61,744 bases of DNA, taken from Gemmatimonadota bacterium. GTDB lineage: Bacteria > Gemmatimonadota > Gemmatimonadetes > Longimicrobiales > Gaopeijiaceae. A program made the translations under genes and the position numbers. The notes below the pieces were generated by a model, which saw only the letters and a list, made by a program, of their open reading frames with translations, had not been told where the DNA came from and did no database searches. Positions 19,970 through 30,954 of this stretch are shown here, piece by piece. The stretch is taken from positions 1 to 61,744 of the forward strand of contig JBDHHQ010000041.1 of the NCBI GenBank assembly GCA_039589315.1, in the 5' to 3' direction. How positions within the stretch are numbered: position 1 is the stretch's first letter; the number at the start of each line of letters is the position of its first letter.

Positions 19970-22033
19970 ATGGCTCGGTTCCTCCGCGCCCCGACCCGAA
20001 CAGGCACCCCCTGGGCGCTGACGCTCGCCACGGCGATCCTCTCCCTCGGGCTCGCCGCCCCGGCCGCTTCCCAGGACGGCGTCAAGACCCTCGACCTGGA
20101 GACCTATCTGGACTGGGAGTGGGTCTCCGAGCCGCAGATCTCGCCCGACGGCACCCAGATCGTCTACACACGGTCGTGGGTGGACAAGATCAACGACAGG
20201 CGGGAATCGTCGCTCTGGATCATGAACGCCGATGGAACCAGGAACCGGTTCCTGGTGGAAGGCGCCTCGCCGCGTTGGTCGCCCGACGGCACGCGCATCG
20301 CCTTCACGGACCGGGCCGCCCCGGAAGGGTCGGAGATCTTCGTCCGCTGGATGGACGCCGAGGGCGCGACGACGCAGATCACGCGGCTCGAGCACGGTCC
20401 GTCGAACATCGCCTGGTCACCGGACGGCAACAGCATCTCGTTCACGATGATGGTCGAGAGCGAGCCGGTTTGGGAGGTGGAGCTGCCCGACCCGCCCGCA
20501 GGCGCCGAGTGGACGGAGGACCCCAAGGTCGTCGACCGCCTCTCGTACCGGCGGGACCGCATCGGCTACACGGATGAGGGCTACACGCACGTGTTCCTCG
20601 TCCCCGCGGAAGGCGGTACGCCGCGGCAGCTCACGGACGGGGACTGGAACCACCGCAATCCCGCGTGGGCGCCGGATGGCGCCGAGCTCTACTTCACGTC
20701 GCTGCGGATCGAAGACGCCGAGTATCAGTGGCGGGAGTCGGAGATCTACGCCGTGGAAGTGGGCTCGGGCGCCATTCGGCAGGTCACCACGCGGAACGGG
20801 CCGGACGGAGACCCCGTCCCCTCGCCCGACGGTGACCTGATCGCCTATCAGGGCACGGACTGGAGCGACGACACGTACGTCGAAACCGGCCTGTACCTCA
20901 TGAACCGGGACGGCTCGAATCCGAGACGGATCGCGGGCGAGCTGGGACGTGGACTCGGCAACGTCACCTGGGCGCCAGACGGGAGCGGCGTCTACTTCAA
21001 CAGCGCCATGAAGGGCACGGCCAACGTATGGTTCGCGCCAGTGAGCGGGGAGCCCACGCCGGTCACGGTGGGCAACCACATGCTTCGGTTCACGAGCATC
21101 GACCGGGACGGGCGTACCATGGTGGGAACGCGCTCGAGCTACCACGAGCCGGGCGACGTGATTTCGCTCACGGTGGGATCACCGGACCGGGTGGCCGAGC
21201 TCACGCACGTGAACGACGACGTGCTGGCGGGCGTTACGCTGGGTGAGGTGGAGGAGATCTGGTACAAATCGGTCGACGACTACGATGTCCAGGGATGGAT
21301 CGTGAAGCCGCCGGACTTCGATCCGAGCAAGCGCTACCCCATGATGCTGTCGATCCACGGCGGCCCCCACGGCATGTACAACGTTGGATTCCGGTTCGAC
21401 TGGCAAAACCATGCCGCGAACGGGTACGTGGTGCTCTACACCAACCCCAGAGGTAGCTCCGGCTACGGCAGCCCCTTCGGCAACGCCATCAAGAATGCGT
21501 ATCCGGGCAAGGACTTCGACGATCTGATGAACGGCGTCGACGAGGCGATCGCAAAGGGCTACGTGGACGAGCAGAACATGTTCGTCTACGGATGCTCCGG
21601 AGGAGGCGTGCTCACGTCCTGGGTGGTTGGTCACACGGACCGCTTCGCCGCAGCCTCGGCCAATTGCCCAGTCACCAACTGGCTCTCCTTCGTGGGCACG
21701 ACCGACGGCGCCAGCTGGTACCGGAACTTCGAGCACCTGCCGTGGGACGACCCGTCGGAGCACCTGCGCCGGTCACCCCTCATGTACGTGGGCAACGTGA
21801 AGACTCCCACCATGCTCATGACCGGCATCATGGATCTGAGGACGCCCATGCCTCAGACCGAGGAATACTACCAGGCCCTCAAGCTGCTCAAGGTCCCCAG
21901 CGTCATGGTGCGCTTCAGGAACGAGTGGCACGGCACCAGCCGCACGCCCTCCAACTTCCTGCGGACGCAGCTCTTCCTGCGGGAGTGGTTCGAGAAGTGG
22001 AAGCGGGACCCGCAGGTGGCGGACGCGAACTGA
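19970..22033 (+). CDS. secreted S9-family peptidase (acylaminoacyl/dipeptidyl aminopeptidase)
   Basis: Signal peptide AAS-Q; WSPDG propeller repeats; IHGGPH, NPRGSSGYG, nucleophile GCSGGG, DLRTP, EWHG; 687 aa. Confidence 0.94.
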   Translation: MARFLRAPTRTGTPWALTLATAILSLGLAAPAASQDGVKTLDLETYLDWEWVSEPQISPDGTQIVYTRSWVDKINDRRESSLWIMNADGTRNRFLVEGASPRWSPDGTRIAFTDRAAPEGSEIFVRWMDAEGATTQITRLEHGPSNIAWSPDGNSISFTMMVESEPVWEVELPDPPAGAEWTEDPKVVDRLSYRRDRIGYTDEGYTHVFLVPAEGGTPRQLTDGDWNHRNPAWAPDGAELYFTSLRIEDAEYQWRESEIYAVEVGSGAIRQVTTRNGPDGDPVPSPDGDLIAYQGTDWSDDTYVETGLYLMNRDGSNPRRIAGELGRGLGNVTWAPDGSGVYFNSAMKGTANVWFAPVSGEPTPVTVGNHMLRFTSIDRDGRTMVGTRSSYHEPGDVISLTVGSPDRVAELTHVNDDVLAGVTLGEVEEIWYKSVDDYDVQGWIVKPPDFDPSKRYPMMLSIHGGPHGMYNVGFRFDWQNHAANGYVVLYTNPRGSSGYGSPFGNAIKNAYPGKDFDDLMNGVDEAIAKGYVDEQNMFVYGCSGGGVLTSWVVGHTDRFAAASANCPVTNWLSFVGTTDGASWYRNFEHLPWDDPSEHLRRSPLMYVGNVKTPTMLMTGIMDLRTPMPQTEEYYQALKLLKVPSVMVRFRNEWHGTSRTPSNFLRTQLFLREWFEKWKRDPQVADAN

Positions 22034-22116
22034 CGGCCCGCCATCATCGGTCGCGGCAAGCGCGCACGGACTAGGGACCCGGCTCCCTCTCCCCGCCCCC
22101 CTGGAGCCGGCGTCCA

Positions 22117-22156
22117 GCCCCGGGTGACCCTGTTGGTCATCCGGGGCCTCTTGCTT
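22117..22156 (+). terminator. probable intrinsic terminator
   Basis: Stem GCCCCGGGTGACC / GGTCATCCGGGGC with a 5-nt loop, followed by CTCTTGCTT; lies between convergent genes. Confidence 0.5.
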
Positions 22157-22290
22157 ACGGCCGCCGTCGCCTCGCGGTCCGCGCCACGCACGGAGGACCG
22201 CTTCGCTCGGCGGCGACCAGGGCCCCGGACGCGTCGGTGATCCAAGGCGAGCTGGCGATCTCGAGGACCTCAGCGCGCGTGCTCGGGGGG

Positions 22291-24072
22291 CTACTGATCC
22301 GTGGCCGCGCCGGCGGCAGACCAGATCTCCTTCCCGCCCACGATCGTGCTCAGGATGGGCACGTAGCGGATCCGGTCTTCGTCCATCGTGAGGATGTCCT
22401 CGCCGAGGACCACGAAATCCGCGTACTTGCCCACTTCGATCGTGCCCTTCACGTCCTCCGCAAAGGTCTGGTAAGCGGGAGCCCAGGTGTGAAGGCGAAT
22501 GGCCTCTTCGCGGGTGACGGCCTCTTCGGGTCCGTAGACGGCGTCGTCCCAGCCCTTTCGTGTGATTCCGGTCCACAGCGCGACCCGGGGCCCGTGAGGC
22601 GCGCCGTCCGAGCCCCAGCTGACCCATACGCCGGCGTCCAGGAGTGACCTGGTCGGGTTCATGGTAGCTTCGCGCTCGCCCGCCAGGGCCTCCACCGCGA
22701 ACGAGCCCAGTCCCACCGTGAAGACGGGCTGACTGGCCACGCCCATGCCCATGCGGGCCATCTTGTCGATGGTCTCCTGCGGTGGCTTCACCGCGACGTG
22801 GTGGAGGTAATGGCGGTGATTCTCCCGGGGCATCTCCTCGAGGATGCGCTCCACCTCGTCCACCACCATGACCACCGCGCCGTCACCCATGGTGTGGATA
22901 CCGAGCTGCCACCCCAGCTCGTGAGCACGCCGAGCCACCGGATAGAATGCCTCGGCGGGAATGCGGATCACGCCCGTGAAGTCCGGCCGGCTCTCGTACG
23001 GCTCCAGCGACCAGAAGACCGGTGCGCTCAGGCCTCCGTCGATGCTCATCTTGATGGCGCCCAGCCGAAGACGATCGTCACCGAAACCCGTGACGAAGCC
23101 CAGTGACTCCATCTCCGCGATGGCCACACGCGCGCCTTCTTCCAGATCGTCGAAGGTGTCGTAGCCGGGGCTGAGGCGAAGCTGGATCGTGGCCCTGGGG
23201 AGCTCGTCGCCGTGCCGCTCGTAGAGGGCCTGGAAGAGGCGGAGCTGGTCCGGACGGACGCTGGCGACGTTGACGCTGCTCACCCCGGAGCTGGCGAACT
23301 GGAGCATCCGGTGCCGCATGTTCTCCACCGCGGTGTCGTCATCGACGGGGCCCCGCCGGGTGGGGGGCAGCACGTCGGCCATCAGACGGCGTGCGGCGTC
23401 GTAGAGGCGGCCGTCGGGCTCGCCCTGCTCGTCCTTGCCGACCTCTCCTCCCCCGATGAACTCCGTGTCCCGGGTGATGCCGGCCATCTCCAGGGCCCTG
23501 GAGTTCAGAATCGACGTGTGGGGTCCCCGGGTCAGGTAGACCGGGTGGTCCAGGGTGCCCTCGTCGAGGTCCCACCGGGTCGGCAGGGTCTGGTTCGGCC
23601 ACACCTCTCGGCTCAGCGAGCCCCGTACCCACTCGCCCGAGCTCAGACCGGCGGCTCGATCCTGAATGGCCTCCTTCAGCCGCTCGTTCGTCGTGATGCC
23701 CCGGAGCCAGTCGGGAACGGCCGAGATGAGGCCGCCCTTCCACTCCATGAGCTCGCCCCCGCCGGCCCCCACGTGGACGTGGTTGTCGAAGAACCCCGGG
23801 AGCATGGTGTGGCCCTCCAGGTCCACGCGACGGGTAGCCCCCGACGCGGTGCCCAGAACCTCGTCGTCGGACCCTACGGCCACGATCCGTCCGTTCTTTA
23901 CGGCCACGGCTTCAGCCAGGTCGAAGGCCTCGTTGCCGGTGAACACCTTGCCGTTGTGGTAGACCACGTCGGGGGCGTCGGACTCCTGTGCGGCGTCAGC
24001 CAGAGGGGGGGCGCAGGCGGAAAGGCCACCCGCGGCCAGGCCGAGTGCCATGAGGAAGAGGGTCGGCTTCAC
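22291..24072 (-). CDS. amidohydrolase family 3 (YtcJ-like) lipoprotein
   Basis: GTG start, lipobox LSAC; MLPGFFDNHVH, IKMSIDG, QLGIHTMGD, GSDGAP, GTIEVGKYADFVVL; 593 aa. Confidence 0.9.
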   Translation of the reverse strand: MKPTLFLMALGLAAGGLSACAPPLADAAQESDAPDVVYHNGKVFTGNEAFDLAEAVAVKNGRIVAVGSDDEVLGTASGATRRVDLEGHTMLPGFFDNHVHVGAGGGELMEWKGGLISAVPDWLRGITTNERLKEAIQDRAAGLSSGEWVRGSLSREVWPNQTLPTRWDLDEGTLDHPVYLTRGPHTSILNSRALEMAGITRDTEFIGGGEVGKDEQGEPDGRLYDAARRLMADVLPPTRRGPVDDDTAVENMRHRMLQFASSGVSSVNVASVRPDQLRLFQALYERHGDELPRATIQLRLSPGYDTFDDLEEGARVAIAEMESLGFVTGFGDDRLRLGAIKMSIDGGLSAPVFWSLEPYESRPDFTGVIRIPAEAFYPVARRAHELGWQLGIHTMGDGAVVMVVDEVERILEEMPRENHRHYLHHVAVKPPQETIDKMARMGMGVASQPVFTVGLGSFAVEALAGEREATMNPTRSLLDAGVWVSWGSDGAPHGPRVALWTGITRKGWDDAVYGPEEAVTREEAIRLHTWAPAYQTFAEDVKGTIEVGKYADFVVLGEDILTMDEDRIRYVPILSTIVGGKEIWSAAGAATDQ

Positions 24073-24471
24073 GGGATCCTCCTTTTCCGGAGCCCTGTCG
24101 CCAGGGTGGTGTGGAACCCCCTTGCGACGCCTGGCACGCGGTGCACCAGAGGGCGGGGCAAGACCGAGCGTGCTGCGCTGCCTCAACGTGCGGGCCACGC
24201 GTCGGTGAAGCAATGGAGCGTGCGGGCCCGACGCGAGAGACACGTCGTGGCGCCACGGGCGCGGCACGCCGACCCGACGGATCGGATCGGCCGGTCGCCC
24301 GTGCAGGGGCGGGATTCGAGTGGCATCCGGGATTCATCCCGGTTCGGAAGCTGTTGGCACTTGCCCCAAGACGCTTGTTGAACCGAGGGGTTCTGCCCCA
24401 TCTTGCTTCTCGATCGCCTGACCAAGGGTGCGCCACATCGGCCGACCCCCTTCCGTCCCCCCGGCCGCGGA

Positions 24472-26913
24472 ATGTTCCCCATCAAGAACCTCGTCCACGA
24501 AGTCCACCGCCGTTCCCTCTGGCAGGTGCTGGGCATCTACCTGGCAGTGTCCTGGATCGTGATCCAGGTCGTGGAGACGCTGACGGAGAGCGCGGGCCTG
24601 CCGGACTGGGTGCCTCCATTCGCGTTGGTGCTGCTTCTGATCGGGCTGCCGATCGTGCTGGCCACGGCATTCGTGCAGGAGGGCGTGGGCGGCGGTGGGC
24701 CTGCGCCTGCGTCGCCGGCCCCTGCTGACAATCTGCCCGAGGGCGCGCCGGAGGCGGGGTTCTCCACCTCCGGAGCCCAACCGACGACCACCGCTGATCG
24801 CAGCCCAGCTGGGGCGGCGGCCAGCGATCCTGAAGGGGCCGCCTCGCCGCCCTCGCCCGCGCCCAACAACCTCGCCGCCGGGACCGGTTCCCTCGATCGA
24901 CCCAGCACCCGCCCCTCCCGCATCACACGCCTCCTTACGTGGCGTAACGCAATCACCGGCGGGGTCCTGGCCTTTGCCGCCCTGGGTGTCCTGGTCGTCT
25001 CGTACTGGTTCATGTGGGCCACGGGCGTGGGGCCCGTCGGGTCGCTCGTCGCGCAGGGCGTCATCGAAGAGAACGATCCCATCATTCTGGCCGCGTTCGA
25101 GAACGCCACGGCCGACCCGCTCATGGGAGACCTCGTCACGTCCACGCTGCGCGTCGATCTCGTGGAGTCTCCGGTCATCGCCCTGGTGGAGCCCCGCTCG
25201 GTGCAGAACGCCTTGCAGCGGATGGGACGGGAGCCCTCGGAGCTGGTTACCGCGGATCTGGCTCAGGAAATCGCCATACGGGAGGGCTTGAAGGCCACCA
25301 TCGAGGGTGAGGTCCGTGCGGCCGGGAGCCAGGTGGTCATCACCGCGATCATCCGAGGCGCCGCGGCCGGAGAGTCCCTCGCGGCCTTCCGGGTGGTAGC
25401 AGAGGACGAAGCCCGGATCGTGGCCGCCATCGACGAGCTGTCCCAGGACATCCGGGAGCGGGCCGGGGAGTCCCTGCGGTCGATTCGAGCGGGTGAGCCC
25501 CTCGAGAACGTGACCACGGGCTCCCTCGAAGCACTCCGGAAGTTCACCGAGGCCGAGCAGCTCACCGAGCAGGGCGACGACCGGGCGGCCATGTCACTGT
25601 TGGAAGACGCCGTCGAGCTCGACCCCGAATTCGCCATGGCGTACCGCCGGATCGCCGTGATCTACGCGAACAACAACCTGGATCCGGAGCGGATGATCGA
25701 CGCCGCCACGCGGGCATACGAGCTCAGCTCGCGCCGGGCGGACCGGGAGCGCTACCTGGCCGAGGCCTTCTACCACGACCAGGTGACGGGAGACCGGGAG
25801 GCGACGATCCAGGCCTACCGAGCCGTCCTGCGCTCCCATCCGGACGATCAGGCTGCCCTGAACAACCTGGCCAACGAGTACATTGGCGTTGACGATGAGG
25901 CGGCCATCGAGCTGTACCGCCGTGCGAACGAGGGTCCGGGTGAATCCAACACATCCAACCAGAACCTGGTGCGGGTGCTCCTCAAGATGGGGCGGATGGA
26001 CGAGGCCCGAGAGGCGCAGAGCCGGTACGAGACCCGTTATCCCGCCGACCTCGCCGCACCTGCATTTCGCTACTGGGTCCACTTCCTCGGCGGTGAGTTC
26101 GACGCCGCAGACAGCGTGGCCCTGGATCTCGCCCGCGAGCCGAACGCCACGGCACGCTGGCAGACCGCGGCCCATCGGCGCCTCGCCGCCACTGATTTGT
26201 TCCACGGGCGGATTCGCGACGCCTCGGATCATCTCGACGACGCGATCCGCGCAGCCGCTGAGCAAGGCCCGACCGCCGAGTTCTTCCAGGTCATGAGCCA
26301 GGCCGCACTCTACGTCCACCTCGACGTCGATCCGGCCCGCGGGATGAGGATGCTCGACGACGCCCAGGAGCTGCTCGAGCGCGTTCCCCCTGTCGCGCGG
26401 CCGTACCTGTTCCTCTCGGCGGGGGCCTCCATCGCCAACCAGCCCGACCGGGCCGAGGCGTTCATCGAGGCATGGGAAGCGACCGTGCCGGTGGACTACC
26501 AGACCGACGATGGCCGGGCCAATCGCACCGTCGCCGAGGGTCTGCTGGCGTGGCGGCGAGGAGATCCGGCTGGGGCACTGGAATTGGTGGACCAGGGCCG
26601 TCAGGACCTGGGGTGCGTGAACTGCTGGCAGTTCGAGCGGGCGTTGGTCATCGAAGACCTCGGTGCGCCGGGCGAGGCGATCGCCGGGTGGGAAGAGCGC
26701 GCCAACGCCGTGGACCTGTTCTTCTACGTCAACGCCACCGAGTGGCCGATCGCGTACGAGAAGCTCTGCCACCTGCACGCCGAACACGGGGAGACCACGG
26801 CGGCGGCCCAGTATTGCTCCCGTTTCGTGGACCTCTGGGCCGACGCCGATCCAGAGCTGCAGCCGCGGGTGAGAGCAGCCCAGCAACGCCTGGACGCGGT
26901 GACGGAGGGCTGA
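24472..26913 (+). CDS. membrane-anchored TolB-N-like/TPR protein, tandem paralog 1
   Basis: EVHRRSLWQVLGIYLAVSWIVIQVVE TM hairpin, low-complexity linker, third TM, TTGSLEALRKF, AVELDPEFAMAYRRIA TPRs, C-terminal LWADADPELQPRV; 813 aa. Confidence 0.85.
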   Translation: MFPIKNLVHEVHRRSLWQVLGIYLAVSWIVIQVVETLTESAGLPDWVPPFALVLLLIGLPIVLATAFVQEGVGGGGPAPASPAPADNLPEGAPEAGFSTSGAQPTTTADRSPAGAAASDPEGAASPPSPAPNNLAAGTGSLDRPSTRPSRITRLLTWRNAITGGVLAFAALGVLVVSYWFMWATGVGPVGSLVAQGVIEENDPIILAAFENATADPLMGDLVTSTLRVDLVESPVIALVEPRSVQNALQRMGREPSELVTADLAQEIAIREGLKATIEGEVRAAGSQVVITAIIRGAAAGESLAAFRVVAEDEARIVAAIDELSQDIRERAGESLRSIRAGEPLENVTTGSLEALRKFTEAEQLTEQGDDRAAMSLLEDAVELDPEFAMAYRRIAVIYANNNLDPERMIDAATRAYELSSRRADRERYLAEAFYHDQVTGDREATIQAYRAVLRSHPDDQAALNNLANEYIGVDDEAAIELYRRANEGPGESNTSNQNLVRVLLKMGRMDEAREAQSRYETRYPADLAAPAFRYWVHFLGGEFDAADSVALDLAREPNATARWQTAAHRRLAATDLFHGRIRDASDHLDDAIRAAAEQGPTAEFFQVMSQAALYVHLDVDPARGMRMLDDAQELLERVPPVARPYLFLSAGASIANQPDRAEAFIEAWEATVPVDYQTDDGRANRTVAEGLLAWRRGDPAGALELVDQGRQDLGCVNCWQFERALVIEDLGAPGEAIAGWEERANAVDLFFYVNATEWPIAYEKLCHLHAEHGETTAAAQYCSRFVDLWADADPELQPRVRAAQQRLDAVTEG

Positions 26914-26914
26914 C

Positions 26915-29323
26915 GTGAAGACGCTCATACACGAGATCCATCGCCGGTCGCTTTGGCAGGTGCTCGGCATCTACCTGGCGGTGTCCTGGGTGGCGATCCA
27001 GGTCGTGGAAACGCTGACCCAGAGCGCCGGGCTGCCAGACTGGGTGCCGCCGGGCGCAATCGTCCTGTTGGTGATCGGGCTCCCCATCGTCATGGCAACG
27101 GCCTTCGTCCAGGAGGGCGTGCGCGGAAAGGGTGAAGCACCCGACGGAGCGGGAGCCTCGGAAGCCGGGTTGGCCGGGCCGACCGGGACTGCCCCGGACA
27201 CTCGCCCAGCAACCCACGAGCGTGGCGCGACCGACGCGTCGGGGAATGAGTTGCCGGCGACGGAAGCCACCGCCGGCGACCTCTCCGCAGGCACCGGATC
27301 CCTGGACCGGCCGAGCACGCGGCCCTCTCGCTTCGCTCGCCTGTTCACGTGGCGCAACGCCATCGCCGGAGGCGTCCTGGCCTTCGCGGGCCTGGGCGCA
27401 CTCGTCACGTCGTACTGGTTCATGTGGGCCACGGGTGTGGGCCCCGTTGGCTCCCTGGTGGCTCAGGGCGTCATCGAGGAAGCCGACGTCATCATCCTGG
27501 CGGACTTCGAGAACGCCACCGACGACCCGTTGATGGGCGACCTGGTCACGTCGACGCTTCGCATCGACCTGGTGGAATCGCCAATGATCACCGTGGCGGA
27601 GCCCCTCTTCCTCGAGCAGGTGCTACAGCGCATGGGACGGGATCCCGCCGAGCCGATCACGCCGGCCGTCGCCCGGGAGATCGCCGTGCGCGAGGGTCTC
27701 AAGGCCGTGATCGAGGGCGAGGTGCGGACGGCCGGATCGGAGTTCCTGTTGTCTGCCACCATCCGAAGCGCGGACGACGGTCGATCCCTCGCGGCATTCC
27801 GGGTCGTGGCCGAGGACGAGGGCGAGGTGGTCGAAGCGCTCGACGAGCTCTCTCAGGACATCCGGGAAAGGGCCGGCGAGTCGCTCAAGTCCATCCGCGC
27901 AGACGCTCCGTTGGAGAGCGTGACCACCAGCTCACTCGACGCGCTCCGGAAGTTCACGGAAGCCGAACGCCTCACGGAGGAGGGCGACGAGATGGCCGCG
28001 TTGACCCTGCTCGATGACGCCGTGGAGCTCGATGCCGAGTTCGCCATGGCATACCGGAAGATCGCCGTCCTCTACGCGAACACGGGCCTGGACCCGGTCC
28101 GGATGATCGAGGCGGCTACGAAGGCCTACGAGCTCGGTGCGCGGCTGGCCGACCGTGAGCGGTACCTGGCCGAGGCCAACTACCACGTCGTGGTGACCGG
28201 TGACCGTGAGGCCGCGATTCAGGCCTATCGCACTGTGCTGCGGTCCCATCCGGACGACCAATCGGCGCTCAACAACCTGGCCAACCAGTACATCGGGTTC
28301 GACGACGAAGCGGCCTTGGAGCTGTACCGGCGGGCCAACAGCGGTCCGGGTGAGTCCAACACCTCCAACGCCAACCTCGTCATCACGCTGCTGCGGCTGG
28401 GCCGCTTCGGCGAAGCCGAAGAGGCCCTCGTCCGCTACGAGTCACGCTACCCTCTTGATCTCGCGGCGCAGGTACAACGGTACTGGCTCCACTTCTTCCG
28501 GGGGGAGTTCGAGGCGGCCGACAGCGTGGCTCTGGACCTGGCACGGAACCCACGAGCGTCCGCCCAGTCGCGCCAGGCAGGCCACAGCAACCTCGGGGCC
28601 ACCGACTTGTTCCACGGTCGCATCGAGGCGGCGGCAGCGCATCATGGTGACGCGCAGCGTGCCGCTGCCGAAGCGGGCCCCACCGCCGAGTATTACGAGG
28701 CCTGGCTGATGCCGGTCACCGAGCTCATGCTGGATCTCGACTCGGGAGCGGGGCTGCGCATGCTCGATGACCTGGGCGACCTCTTCGAGCAGGTCCCGCC
28801 CGTCGCCCGGCCGTACCTCGTCCTCGGGGCCTTGGCGGCCACGGCGGGAGAACCGGAGCGAGCCAGGCGCTACCTGGACGACTGGGAAGCCAACGTACCC
28901 GTCGACTACCGAAGTGACGACGACGAAGCGAACCGCATCGTCGCCGAGGGATTGATCGACTGGAGAACCGGCGATCCGGCACGAGGCCTGGAGCTCGTGG
29001 ACCAGGGCCGTCAGGACCTGAACTGCAACTTCTGCTGGCTCTTCATTCGCGCGCTGGTGGTCGAGGATGCGGGGACCCCGGACGAGGCGCTGGCGGCCTG
29101 GGAGGAGTTCGCCAATACGATCCAGGGCTTCTACTACATCAACGCCCGAGGCTGGCCGCTGGCGTGGGAGCGGCTCTGTCATCTCCACGCCGAGCACGGT
29201 GAGGCTACTAGCGCCGCTCAGTACTGCTCGCGCTTCGTCGACGTCTGGGCCGACGCGGATCCTCGACTCCAGCCCAGGGTGCGATCGGCGCAGCAGCGTT
29301 TGGACGCGTTGACGGGGTCGTGA
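26915..29323 (+). CDS. membrane-anchored TolB-N-like/TPR protein, tandem paralog 2
   Basis: Collinear with the upstream gene along its whole length (e.g. SYWFMWATGVGPVGSLVAQGVIEE is identical); 802 aa. Confidence 0.85.
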   Translation: MKTLIHEIHRRSLWQVLGIYLAVSWVAIQVVETLTQSAGLPDWVPPGAIVLLVIGLPIVMATAFVQEGVRGKGEAPDGAGASEAGLAGPTGTAPDTRPATHERGATDASGNELPATEATAGDLSAGTGSLDRPSTRPSRFARLFTWRNAIAGGVLAFAGLGALVTSYWFMWATGVGPVGSLVAQGVIEEADVIILADFENATDDPLMGDLVTSTLRIDLVESPMITVAEPLFLEQVLQRMGRDPAEPITPAVAREIAVREGLKAVIEGEVRTAGSEFLLSATIRSADDGRSLAAFRVVAEDEGEVVEALDELSQDIRERAGESLKSIRADAPLESVTTSSLDALRKFTEAERLTEEGDEMAALTLLDDAVELDAEFAMAYRKIAVLYANTGLDPVRMIEAATKAYELGARLADRERYLAEANYHVVVTGDREAAIQAYRTVLRSHPDDQSALNNLANQYIGFDDEAALELYRRANSGPGESNTSNANLVITLLRLGRFGEAEEALVRYESRYPLDLAAQVQRYWLHFFRGEFEAADSVALDLARNPRASAQSRQAGHSNLGATDLFHGRIEAAAAHHGDAQRAAAEAGPTAEYYEAWLMPVTELMLDLDSGAGLRMLDDLGDLFEQVPPVARPYLVLGALAATAGEPERARRYLDDWEANVPVDYRSDDDEANRIVAEGLIDWRTGDPARGLELVDQGRQDLNCNFCWLFIRALVVEDAGTPDEALAAWEEFANTIQGFYYINARGWPLAWERLCHLHAEHGEATSAAQYCSRFVDVWADADPRLQPRVRSAQQRLDALTGS

Positions 29324-30954
29324 GACCGAGCAGCCGGGACCGGCCGGCCCGTGTCGCCGTAAAGGTAGTCGCCAGCCTTTCGCTCGCAGCCAGCCTCGCG
29401 CTGACCGTCGGCTGCGCCCCCCCGGCCGACGACGCGACGGGCGGCCGGGAAGGGCCCGCCGTTTCCGCGGAAACGTCCGCACCCTTCCGCTTCACCGCCG
29501 TCCAGCCCGACCTGTTCTCTGCGCCAGGCGCCCAGCCCAACGCCTGGGCCGACTTCGACAACGACGGCGATCTCGACCTGTTCGTGGGCTTCCGGGGCGC
29601 GACCGACCGACTCTACCGGAACGACGGCGGCACCTTCACCGATGTCGCCCCTGAGCTGGGGCTCGACGATCCGTCCGAGACCCGGGCGGCCGCCTGGGGA
29701 GATTTCAACGGTGACGGCCACCTGGATCTGTTCGTGGGCTACCCGGCCCGCGAGGAGAAGCCAGTTCGTCTGTACCGCAACGAAGGAGACGGTGCTGCCT
29801 TCACCGACGTGGCGGCCGAGTGGGGGCTCGACGCCCAGGCCACCACCCGTCAGCCCGCCTTCATCGACTACGACCAGGACGGCGACCTGGACCTGTTCGT
29901 GGCCTTCCGCGACGCGCCCAACCGGCTCTGGCGGAACGACGGGTCCCGTTTCACCGACGTGACGGAATCAGCCGGCGTCGGCGACCCCCGGCGCACCGTG
30001 GGTGTGGCCTGGTTCGACATGGACATGGACGGTGACCTGGATCACCACGTGTCCAATCAGAACGGCGACGCCGACGCGTTCTTCCGGAACAACGGAGACG
30101 GCACCTTCACCGACGTGGCCCCGGACCTGGGCATGGACTGGCCCGACCGAGGTGAGGAGTACGGCAGCGTGGGCCCGGCCGTCACCGACTACGACAACGA
30201 CGGCGACCTGGATCTGTTCATCGCTACGTACGGGCCGGACGTGCTCTGGCAGAATCAGGGCGACGGCACGTTCGTCAACGTGGCCCCGGGCACGGTGCTG
30301 TCCCCCGACCACCACTCCACCACGGCCGCGTGGGGTGACGCGGACCATGACGGTTGGCCCGACCTGTTCGTCGCCGCGTATCTGAATACGGTGGCAGAGG
30401 AGCCGGACAAGCTGTTCCGGAACGTGGCGGCTGACGGATTCGACTCGAGCTCGGGCACGGTTGCCGCCGCCGCCTCGGGTGCCCCCGCGCCCTTCGCCGA
30501 AGCCACGCCCCCTGGCTTCCTGGAACGGGGCGCCAGCCATGGTGTGAGCTGGGCCGATTTCGACGCGGACGGAGACCTGGACCTGGCGCTCGCCAACAAC
30601 AACGCCGTCGGGACGCATGCCCTCTACCGGAACGACCTGCCCAATGACGCGGGAGGGTCGTTGCAGGTGGCCGTGGTCGACGCCGAAGGCCGATGGCTCT
30701 ATGCGGGCGCGGAGGTCCGCGTGTACGACGTAACGAGCGGCCGGCTGCTGGGAACGCGCCTGGTCGACACCGGAGGTGGGTATTGCTCCCAGGGAGTCGG
30801 GCCGGTGCACTTCGGACTGGGGCCGGACCCGGGTCCCGTTCGGGTCGAGGTCACGATTCTCTGGGGCGGCCGTCGTATCACGACGGTGCGGGGCGCCATC
30901 GACTCCGGTCCCCTGGTCGGGGATCGGCTCGTGATCATCCCTGACCTCGACTGA
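29320..30954 (+). CDS. CRTAC1-like FG-GAP/VCBS repeat lipoprotein with ASPIC/UnbV C-terminus
   Basis: Repeated D-[FY]-D-x-D-G-D-L-D-L motifs; YRNDGGTFTDVA; C-terminal GGGYCSQ...VHFGLG; lipobox TVGC; GTGA overlap with the upstream gene. Confidence 0.9.
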   Translation: MRPSSRDRPARVAVKVVASLSLAASLALTVGCAPPADDATGGREGPAVSAETSAPFRFTAVQPDLFSAPGAQPNAWADFDNDGDLDLFVGFRGATDRLYRNDGGTFTDVAPELGLDDPSETRAAAWGDFNGDGHLDLFVGYPAREEKPVRLYRNEGDGAAFTDVAAEWGLDAQATTRQPAFIDYDQDGDLDLFVAFRDAPNRLWRNDGSRFTDVTESAGVGDPRRTVGVAWFDMDMDGDLDHHVSNQNGDADAFFRNNGDGTFTDVAPDLGMDWPDRGEEYGSVGPAVTDYDNDGDLDLFIATYGPDVLWQNQGDGTFVNVAPGTVLSPDHHSTTAAWGDADHDGWPDLFVAAYLNTVAEEPDKLFRNVAADGFDSSSGTVAAAASGAPAPFAEATPPGFLERGASHGVSWADFDADGDLDLALANNNAVGTHALYRNDLPNDAGGSLQVAVVDAEGRWLYAGAEVRVYDVTSGRLLGTRLVDTGGGYCSQGVGPVHFGLGPDPGPVRVEVTILWGGRRITTVRGAIDSGPLVGDRLVIIPDLD

